DNA from: Octopus bimaculoides
Lineage: Eukaryota
Direction of reading: 5' to 3'
Length of the DNA: 64,000 nucleotides
Assembly (NCBI RefSeq): GCF_001194135.2
Contig: NC_069002.1
Location: 135,424-199,423 of the forward strand
The notes beneath the pieces are model-generated. The model saw only the letters and a list, made by a program, of their open reading frames with translations, had not been told where the DNA came from and did not search any database. Below are positions 10,631 to 23,399 of this stretch, one piece after another. The first letter of the stretch is position 1, and every line of letters begins with the position of its first letter. Made by a program: the position numbers and the translations under genes.

Positions 10631-13600
10631 CTAAATAAGACAAAAAAACAACAACAAAAAATATATGCCTTGTGTCAGTGGATATTTATATTTGTGTGTG
10701 TGTGTGCGTGTATACAAACATACACTTTTAATAGAAATCAATAGTTCAGTACAATAGCTTTCATGTGAATATTCATCCATCCATCTTTTCCACCCACTAT
10801 CTCTGGGAGGGTCTGTTGAGGGGAGCGGGCACCTCCTCCACAGAGTCCTATCTGAAGCAACCATCATTAGTCCTCAGTCAAACTGTCCAACCCATGCCAG
10901 CATGGAAAGAGGATGTTAAATGATAATGATGATGATATTTGCATGAAACTTTTGGTACCAGATGGAACAACAATGTTCTTATATTAGTTTTCATTTGTAA
11001 GATTTTAAAGCTGTGATATAAAGATGTTATATTTTTATATCAAAGATTAACTCTGTGATGTAAAAATGTACTTATATTTTCATATCAAAGATTGAAACTG
11101 TGATATTGCGAAGGACATTAATTATACAATTCTTTATGGGACGGCCATGACCTTGCTGAATGTTCTATGACACTGATAGAAGAAAGAGAGATTTTGCTCA
11201 ATGATTTAAATGGTTTGAATGCAATGTAACAGATTTGAATCTGCTGAAAAGAGCCGTAGGATCAGGTAACAGTATAACACCAGGCAGCAGATTAGGTTTA
11301 CCGATCAAAGATATATAATTTTTAATACCTAAGGATGCTGGGATGCAAACAAGTCATATATCATTTTCCATATCCAAGATTAATGATGTCAAGATGTAGT
11401 TTTGTTTTTGTCAGACAAATTTAGCTCAAATATGTTTCTTTAAGTTATAGTTTCATTCATTAATATAAATAATTCAGATGTGTGCATATATATATACACA
11501 TACAGGTTAGTGTGCATGCATGTGCTAATACATAGAGAGTAAATGCAAACATAAATGGTGTTGAAAGAAAGATTAATTGGAAAGCTATATAAAGTGCTAA
11601 TGATAATTTCAAAATGCACAACCTCTAGTTTTAACCCACCCAAAGAAGCATCAAGTTTAAACTGATGTTTACCTACAAGGATGGGGGTGGAAGATGTAAA
11701 TAACTGAGAGTTTGAAATAAAATGGAGAAAATTAATAATGCTTTACACACTGGATTTTAATTTTATGGAGCCATGTTGCACTTTTTGAGTGTTATACTCT
11801 ATACTCTATTGTAGTTGATCAGATTGACTAACGACAACATCTTGAAATTACTGGTCAGTCTAATTAATGTAGTGAGTCATCATTAAAGAGTTCATTTGTT
11901 GGTTCATTTTTAAGTTTGTTTTTTTTCCATGCAAGAATGGGTTAGTCAAATATATTGCCAAGGTATTAGTTTACAGACAGATGCCCTTCCTGTCACTAAC
12001 CCCTTTCTGTTTTTCAAGGGATTTTCATTTTACATCTCTTCAAAAGTATGAAGAGAGATGATTTGTTGGTAGTTGGCAGTGACAATGGCATCACTATTTA
12101 TAGCTAGCAACTTTTGTAGAGTGCCAAAGAAAACAGACACACATGCATATACACACACACATGCATATACACACACACATGCATATACACACACACATGT
12201 ATATCTATGTACACGCGTACGGTGTGTGCAATGTTGTCTTTTAGTTTCTTTCCATCAAATTCATTCACGAGTCTTTGGTGGGCCTGAAACTATGGCTGAA
12301 GACATTTACACAAAGTGCTGTGCCATGGGACTGAACCTGAAACCACATGAATGGGAAGCAAACTTCTTAACCACACAAATTATTCTAATTAGCATATTCA
12401 GCCATCATTTAAAGCTGATGTTTACAATTTGCATTCTATTTAACATCTGCAATATCTGATTCAACAGAAGCATATAAAATGGTAAGAGCCAAAAGCATAA
12501 ATTAAGATTTAATAATGAAACATGCTGGGTGATTGTGGTTTCCAGGTTGACAAGCTGAAATGACAGGGAAATTGTGGCAAGCTGCAAGACAGAGTTTGGA
12601 GGAGGTTAAAAACAAAATAACAGTTTAACAATTTGCATGACGGTCATGCCAAGTACTGGTGAAAGTAAGTTTACAATTTTTTTTAAATACCCCCCACCCC
12701 ACCCCATAAATCAAAAAAGTGTATTTATTGATTGGTTGATTAATATTATAAATAAATGCTTCTCGTTTTCTTAACCATCACCTTATTTCCTTTAAACTAA
12801 CTTCTTTCCAACTTTTATGTGGTTGTTATCGCAACAGGTCGTTGAAGTGAGATTTTTACTATATCTTTATTTACAATGTTTTCAGTCGTAAGTTATAACA
12901 AATATTATTGTTTCGTAATTAAAAGCTATAATGATAATCTCGTTACTTATAACTTAATTATAAGTACTTATCACTAAGCATAACTCTTAGTTTAGGCTGC
13001 GTAAATATTATGATGTATACATACCAAGACGCTACATGTATGTTGAAGATATAGATTATATATTTTTGACCGTTACACATAAAAAAAAAATACAGTTTCA
13101 TTAATATACAGAAATAAATTCAACAAGTTGAAAAAAACGAGAAGTAAAAGGAATTAAATTTCTATATTAATCTATTCTATACTTTTTTTGGCATTTATAG
13201 AACATTTAGAAACAAGTCATTTCGTCGTAGAGAATTACGACTTCAATTTTATATTAACTCATTTTTCATTCTAGCCATAAGAGTTCAGCAAACGAACTTA
13301 AGTTCTCTCTCTGCCTTTTATGAGTTTGCTACACAACTATTATTCCCTACTATTATTCAAACCCTATCCCTGTCTATTATTAATAGACATACAAATAATA
13401 TCAGTAATTTAGTTCTGGGGTCTAGTTTGACTTGGGTGGCGGCTTACCAAAGCACCACCTGACTAAGAGCAAATACTATAAACACAGGTGGTATATATTC
13501 AACTTTGTCTATTTACTTATTCCCTGTTATTATTGTTGTTGCCATTGTTGTTGTTGCAATTGACATTGCCCTTTTTGTGTGGCCAACAAGCAATTTATCA

Positions 13601-13899
13601 CAATATTACATTAACTATTAAAATATTAAATGTAAAAGAAATGTTAAAGACTAAAATAAACTATAATAATGTATTTGCCACCACTTAGCAACTCTTTTCT
13701 CCCCAGATCGTAAAAGATCAGATAGTAAAGTTATTTTATTTTTAATATCTAAGAGGAAAACAGATAGAGTCATGCAGTTAAGATATTTGCCTTGCAACCA
13801 CATGGTTCCAGGTTCAATTCCATTACACACTACCACGGACAAGTGTCTTCTACCACAACCTTAGTCAGATCCTTGATTTACCTGTGAGACCTGATTTTT

Positions 13900-14460
13900 A
13901 TTATTGCTATTGTTATTTGTTATTATCTCAGGTTTTGTTGGAACTCCTGAAGTTTTGCATCTGTAGTGGGATTGCTGCCTGCAGCCTATGGTACCATGCT
14001 ATCTGTTCTTTTCAACTATTTAATACTTTGCTGATTACACGGGCCAGGCAAACCTTTTGTAACAGTTCTACTGGAAACTCTATTCTGATTTCCTTTATAT
14101 TCCCCTCCTTCTGATACTCTTCCCAAGGACCCAACAATAATTGACACTATCTTCGCCTTCCTCATTTTCCATAGCTGAGCTATTTCATACTTAAGAGGAT
14201 TGTATCTATCTATTTTTTCGCCTCCCTTCTGGACTGCTTGTGAGTTAAAAGGGCATGCAACCTCAACTATATAGCACGTGTAATACATTTTGTCTTGCAC
14301 CACTAGGCCTGGCCTGTTCTGCTTTAGCACCTGATCTGTTTGTATTGGGAAATCTACTCTCTGTGGTTTGTGCTCATACCAAGTCTTGCCTCTCTCTACC
14401 CCCCACTTTTTGTACAGTTTCCAATGTAGCATGAAGAAATATAGAAGGCCAAGTTATTGT
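13900..14460 (-). mobile_element. 3' fragment of RLE-type non-LTR retrotransposon (R4/Dong-like)
   Basis: HWKLYKK..WYEHKP..NRPGLVV..IVEVACP..EKIDRY..IAQLW..IIVGSLG; (AAT)n-like flanks. Confidence 0.8.
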
Positions 14461-14491
14461 AATTATTATTATTATTATTATTATTATTACT

Positions 14492-14712
14492 AGGTGACAA
14501 ACTAGCAGAATCATTAACATTTTGAGCAAAATGCTTTCTGCTGTTTCTGGCAGCTCTTTACATTCTGAGTTCAAATTCTACTGAAATCAACTCTGCCTTT
14601 CATCCTTTCAGAGTTGATAAGATTAAGTACTATTTGAACACTGGAGTCAATGTAATCAACTCACCCTTTTCCACCAAACTTTAGGCCTTGTGCCTATAGT
14701 AGAAAGGATTAT
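14492..14712 (+). mobile_element. SINE family C
   Basis: CTAGCAGAATC..TTCTGAGTTCAAATTC..GCCTTTCATCCTTT..GATAA..AAGTAC..GGCCTTGTGCC. Confidence 0.72.
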
Positions 14713-15929
14713 TACTTGTACAGGGTCTTTGTCAACTTGAGACCAAGATATCAGATGCTGTAGTTCAATACGTGTCACAATCAATTCACATGCATGTGAT
14801 TTGTAAAAACAAATATAAACTGAAAATCCCAGTAAAATAAACTAAATGTATAAACATTTTTACTGGGGATTTTTCAATGACAAATACTTTGAGAAGAAAA
14901 GAAAAAAAGTAAAAGAGTTTTAAATCATACATAAAAACGATAATTATTATTATTATATCATATATCTGTAAATGTTAATATTTAAAACAATAGTCATATT
15001 GTAATCAACATTAGCCATGCAACACACAAGCAACAAAAACTATATAGATTAAAAGGTAAGCAAAGAGTCGAGACACTTGCTAAAATTTCACCAAGAAGCA
15101 AATAGGGCTTGTAGTTTTACCTTCAATACGCCTCGTTCATGTGGTAGGTCTATGCCTTGTATATGAGCCTATATCATTAGAAAAGCATTTTATCAGATGT
15201 GACTGGAATTTATTTTACCTACCACCATTGCAAACAGAACTTTAGAAAACTATGGGGAAGAGAGGGATAGATAGCTTTTATCCGATACCCTAGCAGACTT
15301 TAGGGATGCTATGGAATGAGACAATTTTACCAGGCAGATTGTAGGATATGATGTTAACAAATTTAACTGGTATCATGGTGGCTTTTAGAAACTATGGTGT
15401 AGACAATGTTAGTACCTTAGTACACAATACTATAGTAGACTATAGGAGAAATAATTTCTTATAGTATCATAGAATACTATGCCAGAGATAATTTTGTCTA
15501 ATACTAAAGCTTATTTTACTATAGAAGATTACAAGGGCGACCATTACATCTGGCACCAAGTTGAGAGTGTAAATATGTCAGTTTGAGAAAACAATAAAAG
15601 CATGATACATGTGCCAAGCCATGCTCGTTAGTGAGTGACATCTTTTATGATTAGAGAGTCAAGTACATATCGAGCCTGTGGGTATTGTCCAGTTCACATA
15701 TTTATAATTTTTCAAAAGCATACCTATTCAACCTCTCAGTTAATAATAGGGTTAAAATTTGATCTCAAAATATGTTAACCTGAACATGAGAGCATATATA
15801 TATATATATAATTATATTTATAGGAAGTTAATTATATGGCCCACCATAGAATGATCAGTGGTTTTGCATCCATAAAGCCTTATAGATGGCTCATTGAACT
15901 CTAATGGCTGCGGGCATATAATTTCTTTT

Positions 15930-15989
15930 CTGATGAGCTGTCTATAAGGCTTAGCGCTTTAAAGATGTGAAACCATTGGTCGCTCTATG
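15930..15989 (+). ncRNA. Degenerate type I hammerhead-like motif
   Basis: CTGATGA-long imperfect stem II-GAAA-CC(ATT)GG-TC^; stem I poorly supported. Confidence 0.45.
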
Positions 15990-16115
15990 ACTGGCTATAT
16001 ATATATTACGGCTATAATGTTTAGAGTGTGATAGTCAATGTAGTTAACTAGTCTACCCCCAATAAATTTCAGGCCTTGTGTCTTTAGTAGAAAGAATGAT
16101 TATCATTATTAAAAT

Positions 16116-16170
<55 letters not shown>
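16116..16170. repeat. (TAC)n microsatellite
   Basis: Directly visible. Confidence 0.95.
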
Positions 16171-16171
<1 letters not shown>

Positions 16172-16555
16172 TTATTATTATTAAAAGAAGAAATTTTCAA
16201 TAGTTTCAAAATGCAATCACGACACAAAAGAATGTGAAGAGAGCTGCGATAATAGAAATAGAAAGCTTAGTGAAACTTTGATAGGTTTTTTTCCAAGTAG
16301 TTTCTTTGTAGGAAAATAGAAAGTGGGAGAAAAAGAGAGACGGAGAGAGAGAGAGAGAGAGAAAGAGACAAAGAGAATGAGAGAAAACTATAGAAATATA
16401 ACATCAGTTAGCTATTATCATACATCATGCCAACTAAAATGTTAGATTTTAGAACCATGCATATACGTTTAGAATTAGAATTTAGAAGGAAATCGAAGTG
16501 CCAGAGATACTAAAAAGATAAACTATGCAATATGAAAACAGTTATGAGACAAATA

Positions 16556-16586
<31 letters not shown>

Positions 16587-16680
16587 CTGTGCATGAATGT
16601 ATCTACATCCATATATTTCCACAAATCTCTATACATACACATATAGATTTCTAAATACATGCAAACACACATACACATTT

Positions 16681-16689
<9 letters not shown>

Positions 16690-16758
<69 letters not shown>
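16690..16758. repeat. (TA)n microsatellite
   Basis: Directly visible; many other (TA)n tracts in the window. Confidence 0.95.
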
Positions 16759-16763
<5 letters not shown>

Positions 16764-17244
16764 GTCTGCTCTGAAACAAAGCTTGACCACTTCAAGCTCC
16801 TTAAGTGTGAACAGATATGGACTTTGAACCCAGAGACTTTCTTAAAAAAACTTCCTACGAATGTTGCAAATGTATCTCAGTTCAGAATCTGTTATTTCAT
16901 CGTGTTTTTTTTTGTGCAAGTTTAGATGTCTCTTTTAAACCTCCAGAGATTTACACACCTTTTAACAAAAATGAAACTGAAGAGCAATTTCTTGCATAAA
17001 ATGATGGCATTGGGGGTTAATGTTGTTCTCGAGATTTTGGTATAAATGACTCAGTCAGAGGCACATAATCTCTCTACAATTGGAGGTAGGAAAAAGTATG
17101 GGTCAGCCAGGGTCAGAAACAAATCTGGACCTCCTCCTTTTTCTTAGAATATAGAATCTGTAACCCACTTCAAACAATATATACATACTTACATATATAA
17201 GTATATATACACACACACACATATATACTCATATATATATATGA

Positions 17245-17490
17245 CTAGTTTCTCTCAGTTCCCACCAATCCTATCCATTCACAAGGCTTTGATTGGCCTC
17301 GGGTTATAGCAGAACACTCTTGCTCATGGTCGTTATCTTCTCAGTTTCTGTTGACCAAATTCACTTACAAGGCTTTAGTCAGACTGGGGCTATTGTAGAA
17401 GATAGTTGCTTAAGGTGCCACACAGTGGGATTGAATCCAGAACCATGTAGTTGGGGAGCAAATGTCTTACCACACAGTCACATCTGCACC
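17245..17490 (-). mobile_element. SINE family A, partly duplicated
   Basis: CACAAGGCTTT..GGTGCCACACAGTGGGATTGAA.. Confidence 0.7.
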
Positions 17491-17510
17491 TAATTCTCTC
17501 TATCTCTCTC

Positions 17511-17559
<49 letters not shown>

Positions 17560-17754
17560 TGATGATACATGTATAATTTATATGGATGTATGTATACATA
17601 CACACACAGACAACTGAAGTGTAGGAAATGGCTTCCACAAAAGAAGTGTTTGATATTTCACAGTAAAACTTAAAACTTATTTCGATAAACCAAACCAAAA
17701 AGATCAACACAAGGAAGTCTATAAGTCAAAAAAATTAGGAAGTCTTTGACTAAC

Positions 17755-17918
17755 TTGTCTCACTGCTTGTGCAACTCGTTCATCTCGAGTAAACAGCAAC
17801 ACACGTTGATGGCCATCCAAAAATGACATCCAGTATATCACTACTTTGTCACTTCGTGTTTTCCCATACAAAGAATCAGTAAATGAAGAGATCATGGCAT
17901 CAGGTTCATCACTGTCAT
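17755..17918 (-). CDS. VPS13: VPS13 exon
   Basis: ..IYWMSFLDGHQRVLLFTRDERVAQAVRQ. Confidence 0.93.
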
Positions 17919-18019
17919 CTGAAATAAATGGGAAAAATGTTGAGAGAGCATTTTCTAAAAATATTTTCTATTTTTGTAATCGCTTATTTACAAGAACTGG
18001 AGGTGGTTGAAGTTGTGGG

Positions 18020-18390
18020 TTGCTAGGTTTTAATTTTGGGACTAGTATGTTGTGTCCTTGAGCAAGGTTTTTCATTTCATGTTGCTCCATTTCACTCAGC
18101 TGAAAATGAGTACCAGCTGCCTCTGGGAGTTAATCGTGTGATGAAATGGCGTTCCATTCAGGAGCAGTGGAGGCACTTAGCCTAGAGTGGAGACACATGG
18201 CTTTGTGGTTAGGGTGTTGGGCTCATGATTGTAAGATTGTGGTTTCAATTCTTGGACCAAGCGATGCAGTGTGTTCTTGAGCAAAACGCTTCATTCCACA
18301 TTGCTTCTGTCCATTCAGCCGGTGAAAATGAGTAACCTTGTGACAGTCCAGCATCCCATCCAAGACAAACCAGCAAACTGGCCCCATGCT
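18020..18390 (+). mobile_element. tRNA-derived SINE family F, two partial copies
   Basis: CATGGCTTTGTGGTTAGGGTGTTGG..GTGTTCTTGAGCAAAAC; related copy near 52110-52200. Confidence 0.6.
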
Positions 18391-19511
18391 CCTTACAGAT
18401 TAATGTGGACTAGCCCTGTATTCAGTTACTGTAACACTTTGGGACCCCTGATAAACTCCAGTCTCATTACTTTATAGGCTCAAAGTAGAGTTTATTTTAA
18501 GTAAGGGCTCTCCAAGACTGGTGGATCCAGAAAGTGGGGAAGAAACTAAGACATCTGAGTTGCTGAAGTATGAAGCAATGCATCAAAAAGTTATGTTATC
18601 CTCAGAAAGGAATCCTGGTCTGATTTCTTGCAACAGAGTGGATCCCCACCAAAGGCATACAAGGGGGGTCAGATCATGGCTTTAGACCAGGCAGGAGATT
18701 AAACCAAGATCTCCCAAGGTGTTAAGAGTAAAGGTGTCTTTCCTACTGTTCACCTCTTGATCCATGCAGTATTACTGCTGATTACAAAGTGGCAAAAGCT
18801 GGCAGAATCATTAACACACACCAGGTAACATGCTTGGCAGCAATGTCATCCATTTTCACATTCTGCCAGAGTTAACTTTGCCTTTCATCCATTTGGAGTA
18901 AATAAAAATAAGTACTAATTGAACACTTGGGTTGATGTAATCGACTTAACCCCCACCCCGTCCCACCACGAAATTGCTGGCTTTGTGCCAAAATGTGAAA
19001 CCAATATTGCTGTTGGTTGATATAGACAGCAACATTTCTGCACAAATGTATAACTTAACTTCTAATATAAACAGCCACAAACATCTCAGTATTTGGAAGA
19101 GCATTGGTACTGAACCTGGAACTAGGTGGTTGAAAAGCAAACTTCTTACCTCAGAGCCATGCCTGCACCTATTTATTAATCGGCCAGAACTTCATGTGTT
19201 CTGATCCCACCCCAGCTCCAGAAGGATGACAGATAAAGCTGGTGAGATTTGAACTCAGAATTTAAAGGGATGCACCTAAGTGTTGCCAAACATTTTGTCA
19301 CAATACTCCCATAAAAAAAAACTGATGATGTCAAACTATATTCTTCCCAGATATTTTATTCAGTAAGTAGGATGACACCCACCATTGGTGATCTTGTTTA
19401 GAGAAGGTTTTTAAATAATGTTTTATGACTCAGTGGCTTGATGGAATTGGGCACACACATACATACATGTGCTCCCTCTCTCATCGTCTGTCTCTGTCTC
19501 TCTCTCTCTCT

Positions 19512-19553
<42 letters not shown>

Positions 19554-19590
19554 AAAGAAAGGGAAAAGACATAGAATTTATCTTAAGTAC

Positions 19591-19684
19591 CTTCAGTGCT
19601 ACTCTCTGGTAATTCATAACCATCCACAGAATCAACTCTCATAGAGAGGGACTGTACTCTCAGGTGGACATTTCCATAACCATC
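19591..19684 (-). CDS. VPS13: VPS13 exon
   Basis: DGYGNVHLRVQSLSMRVDSVDGYELPESSTE; phase fits. Confidence 0.85.
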
Positions 19685-19883
19685 CTGTTAAATAGAAGAG
19701 CAAAACAAGAAGAAACACAGTTTAAATACTTTAAATCAAATGATCGTTCCACTTTCTATTCTTAGATATAGGATAACAAAGATTGGTCTAGTTAATTAAT
19801 AACTAATAAAGGATAACGAATATAGGATAACGAAGATTGGTCTAGTTAATTAATCAGCAAACTAAAATAGTACATTGAATATT

Positions 19884-20570
19884 CTTTTACTTGTTTCAGT
19901 AATTTGACTGCGACCATACTGGGGCACCACCTTGAAGAATTTATTTTAGCTGAATGAATTGAACACCAGTACTTATTTTTTTTAAGGTGTGGTACTTATT
20001 CTATTGGTCCCTTTTGCTGAATCCCTAAGTTATGCAGACATAAACATACCAACACTGGTTCTCAAGTAGTGTTGAGGGACAAACACAGACACAAAGACAC
20101 ACAAATATATATATGATAGGCTTCTTTCAGCTTCCGTCTAGCAGATCCACTCTCAAGGCTTTGATTGGCCTGAGGCTATAGTAAAAGACACTTGCCTGAA
20201 GTGTCAAGCAGTGGAACTGAACCCAGAACTATGTGGTATGTGCGTTTGTCAAAAGAGATCTAAGGAAGAATGTAACGATCGAGAAGGTGAATGACAATGA
20301 CCTTTTTGTGTGCACAGTTTGTGACAGACCATGCCTGTCTTTTGCTGGCCTCAAATCTCATCTGCAAATGCATGGAAAACGAACCTCCACCATCTATTTT
20401 GCCCATATGTCTGTGCACACCTTTGAATGCAGTGTTTGCCAGAAGGTTTGCAAATCCAATGGAGGCCTCAAAAGACATTTTAAGATCCACAATTCCAGGG
20501 TGCCACACAGTGGAATCAAACTTGGAACCATGTGGTTGTGAAGCGAACTATTTAACTGCATGGTTATCCT
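19884..20570 (-). mobile_element. SINE family A interrupted by zinc-finger fragment
   Basis: Body 19884-20237; head segment resumes at 20497. Confidence 0.7.
20238..20497 (+). mobile_element. Two-C2H2-finger coding fragment inserted in a SINE, probably a LINE ORF tail
   Basis: CTVCDRPCLSFAGLKSHLQMH and CSVCQKVCKSNGGLKRHFKIH; no TGEKP linker. Confidence 0.55.
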
Positions 20571-20753
20571 TACACCTCAACTTGACTCGTATATACAGTC
20601 CCAGAAGGACAGAAGGCGAAGTTGACTATAGCAGGATTTTAAATGTAAAGATATATAATTAAATTCCTATCTAATTAACCAGCAACTCTGGTAATCCAAT
20701 GAAAATAAATTCTTTAAACTAACAAGTAAAGAACAAATGAGAATGAAATTAAC

Positions 20754-20889
20754 CTTTGAAATGGCAGCAGGGAAACTTGGTCTTTTACCTCCATACACAT
20801 TCCACATTAATGTTCTCTCTGCAGCAGGATCATCCCACGTATATAAGATGGCCTGATTTGGTGACAACAAAGTCACCTGACTCTGATTC
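20754..20889 (-). CDS. VPS13: VPS13 exon (VAB region)
   Basis: NQSQVTLLSPNQAILYTWDDPAAERTLMW..AAISK. Confidence 0.93.
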
Positions 20890-22168
20890 CTAAGGAGGAC
20901 GAATGTGTTAAAATGGTGAGAATTTATTTCAAGGAAATTGTCAAACATGTTTGTAGTTATAAGAAAACTTTTGAAAATAAAACATGGTTAAAAGTAGTTT
21001 GCATTGGATATGATGATGATGATGGTAAAGACAACTATGATGAATGATAATGGTGATGATGGTGCTGGAAATGAAAACAATGATGATAACTGTGATGACA
21101 ACAATGATGACTGATGAATGAAAATGATGATTGATAACAATATTGATGATAATGACAATGACTGTTGATAATTATGAGAATGGTAGTGATGCTGCTGCTG
21201 CTGCTGCTGCCGATGATGACAACAATAACAATGACAGCATCAATAAGTTCTGCATATGGAAAAAAGAAAACAGATTGCTTCCCTGACTACCTTGATGATG
21301 AGAGAAGATAGCAGTCCGATTCTCATGGTTGGTGATCTTAATGGACTTGATGGCTATCACGATGCACATGGAGGCTATGGATATAGTACAAGGAGTCAAG
21401 CCCCAAGCTGACCAAAGCCTTATGAATGAATTTGGTAGGCAGAAACTGAAAGAAATCCATTGTGTAAGTATGTGTGTGTGTGTGTGTGAGTTCTGTTGTC
21501 TTGAAATCATGTGATGGTTGTATACAAACATCCGCATCCTACAAGCAATGATGTTCATCTCCAGTCTTCCATGAAAAGTATTTCTGGCCATAGGAAAATA
21601 TTACCTAGCTTGGAAACAAGTATGGGTTGGCAACAGGGAAGGCATTATCTTGCTTGGAAACAGGTAAGGGTTGGCAACAGGGAAGGCACCCAGCTGTAGC
21701 AAATCTACCTCAACAAATTTTGTCTGACCCATGCAAGCATGGAAAAGTGAACATTAAATGATGATGGTGATAATGATGACAATGACGATGATTATCTCCA
21801 AAAATTCTAACAAAATGTTAGATTTTCAAAAAAGCAAATTTTTAGAAAAAAACCTCATAAGTGAATTTCTTTTTTTATTTTGTATGATTTTATTCCAGAC
21901 ATTTTATGGTTTACTATAATCTTTTATTTTATGCAATAAATTTCCTAAAACGTGCTTCTTTCTGAAGGCCACAAGGTCTCCATTCTTAAATATCATCGTC
22001 TTTTTTGAAGACAGTGCAGCGCAATTTAAGAGACATTAGGCTGCTATTTCTAGAAGGATCCCCTTGTTGCCTTCTCCAAAAGAAATTGGTCATTTAAGGA
22101 ATTGTTATATTCAAGTTTAAGCCAGTTCTTTGATGTTATAAGAATACAGAAAGAAGATTTATGCTTAC

Positions 22169-22302
22169 TTCTGGTGAATTTTGATGAAAATGTCATCGCA
22201 CAAGTTTTCTATGCGGACAGGTGCTCCACCAAGGAAGTAATCTGAGAAGGAAATACAGATGGGAGTTTGGGTGCCTCCACTAACTTCAACACAAAGACCA
22301 GT
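22169..22302 (-). CDS. VPS13: VPS13 exon (VAB region)
   Basis: TGLCVEV..ISFSDYFLGGAPVRIEN..IHQK. Confidence 0.93.
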
Positions 22303-22501
22303 CTGTGAAAGATAAAAAAGAAAAGATGTATATAAAAGAAAACATGCACAAGGAGTAACATATAAACTGAACTGAACAAGAGTGGTTTCTAAGTAAGTAA
22401 ATAGTTGGGGGAGGAGGATTGTAATTGCTTGATTAATCTGTTACTATAGCAACAGAATTTACAGATTGTTTCTCAAAATATCAAGGGAATAAAATACCAA
22501 C

Positions 22502-22627
22502 CCCATTTTCCATACGTAATACTGTGCTGTGTATGGTCTTGATCGGAATATGCGGAGAAATTGCCTTGCCATGGTCATATTTCACAAAAATCCTGTAGGA
22601 ATCTGTTATGGGCCAATATGGAACACA
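22502..22627 (-). CDS. VPS13: VPS13 exon (VAB region)
   Basis: CVPYWP..TVLRMENG. Confidence 0.9.
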
Positions 22628-22945
22628 CTGGAATGACAGAACAACAAAAATCACCAATGAGTATGTTTACAGGTGTTTTTTTAGTTGTGGTGCTTCCAAA
22701 ATATAAGATACCTTCTATACCTTGAAAAAATGCCTTTACTCTAAACATTGGTAAAATTGCCATTTTTTCCATACAGATTAACCACAATAAGTTTAGATAA
22801 TGTTAATCTACTAAGAGGCATTTATTCATTCATGAGTTTAATATAATCCAATTTTAGAGTAATGTGATCGAGCAAGAATAAAATAAATAAGAACAAGAAA
22901 AAAAAAGAGACGAGAGGGTTAAACATAGAAGGGGAGATAACTTAC

Positions 22946-23098
22946 TTCCTTGGGTGGTAAATCAAACCAAAGATCTGCGTCTTCATTGTCTTCCATAAAG
23001 CGAAGTCTTGAATGCGAATTGTTCATGATTAAGAAGTAGGGCATGATTGTCACAATTTTGGTTAATTTCATTTTTGACAACTGGACTTGCATCATAAA
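22946..23098 (-). CDS. VPS13: VPS13 exon (VAB region)
   Basis: FMMQVQLSKMKLTKIVTIMPYFLIMN..PPKE. Confidence 0.93.
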
Positions 23099-23399
23099 CT
23101 AATAAAAAATGCGAAATACACAAAATTTTTACCACAAAGTAATCAGATTGTGAAACTTTTTGTACCATTTTCTTTTTTCAATCAATTTTGAAAATGATGA
23201 AGAATAGGTTGGTGTTTGGAACATAAATTAGCATGAAGTTTTCAAGGTACAGGTTAATTAAGATCATTTTTAAAAGCAAGAAGTTTGTATCACTGAACCA
23301 GGAACTGTCTCAGATGGATTACATGATGGAAAGAACTGGATGTGAAACCATATGACGAGAATATTTCTGACGAGATACATTGCCTCTGTTTTCATTAAT

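Noticed and set aside
20238-20497. Functional nested zinc-finger gene
   Set aside because: Only two fingers, start and stop supplied by SINE sequence, no exon context; kept as a mobile fragment
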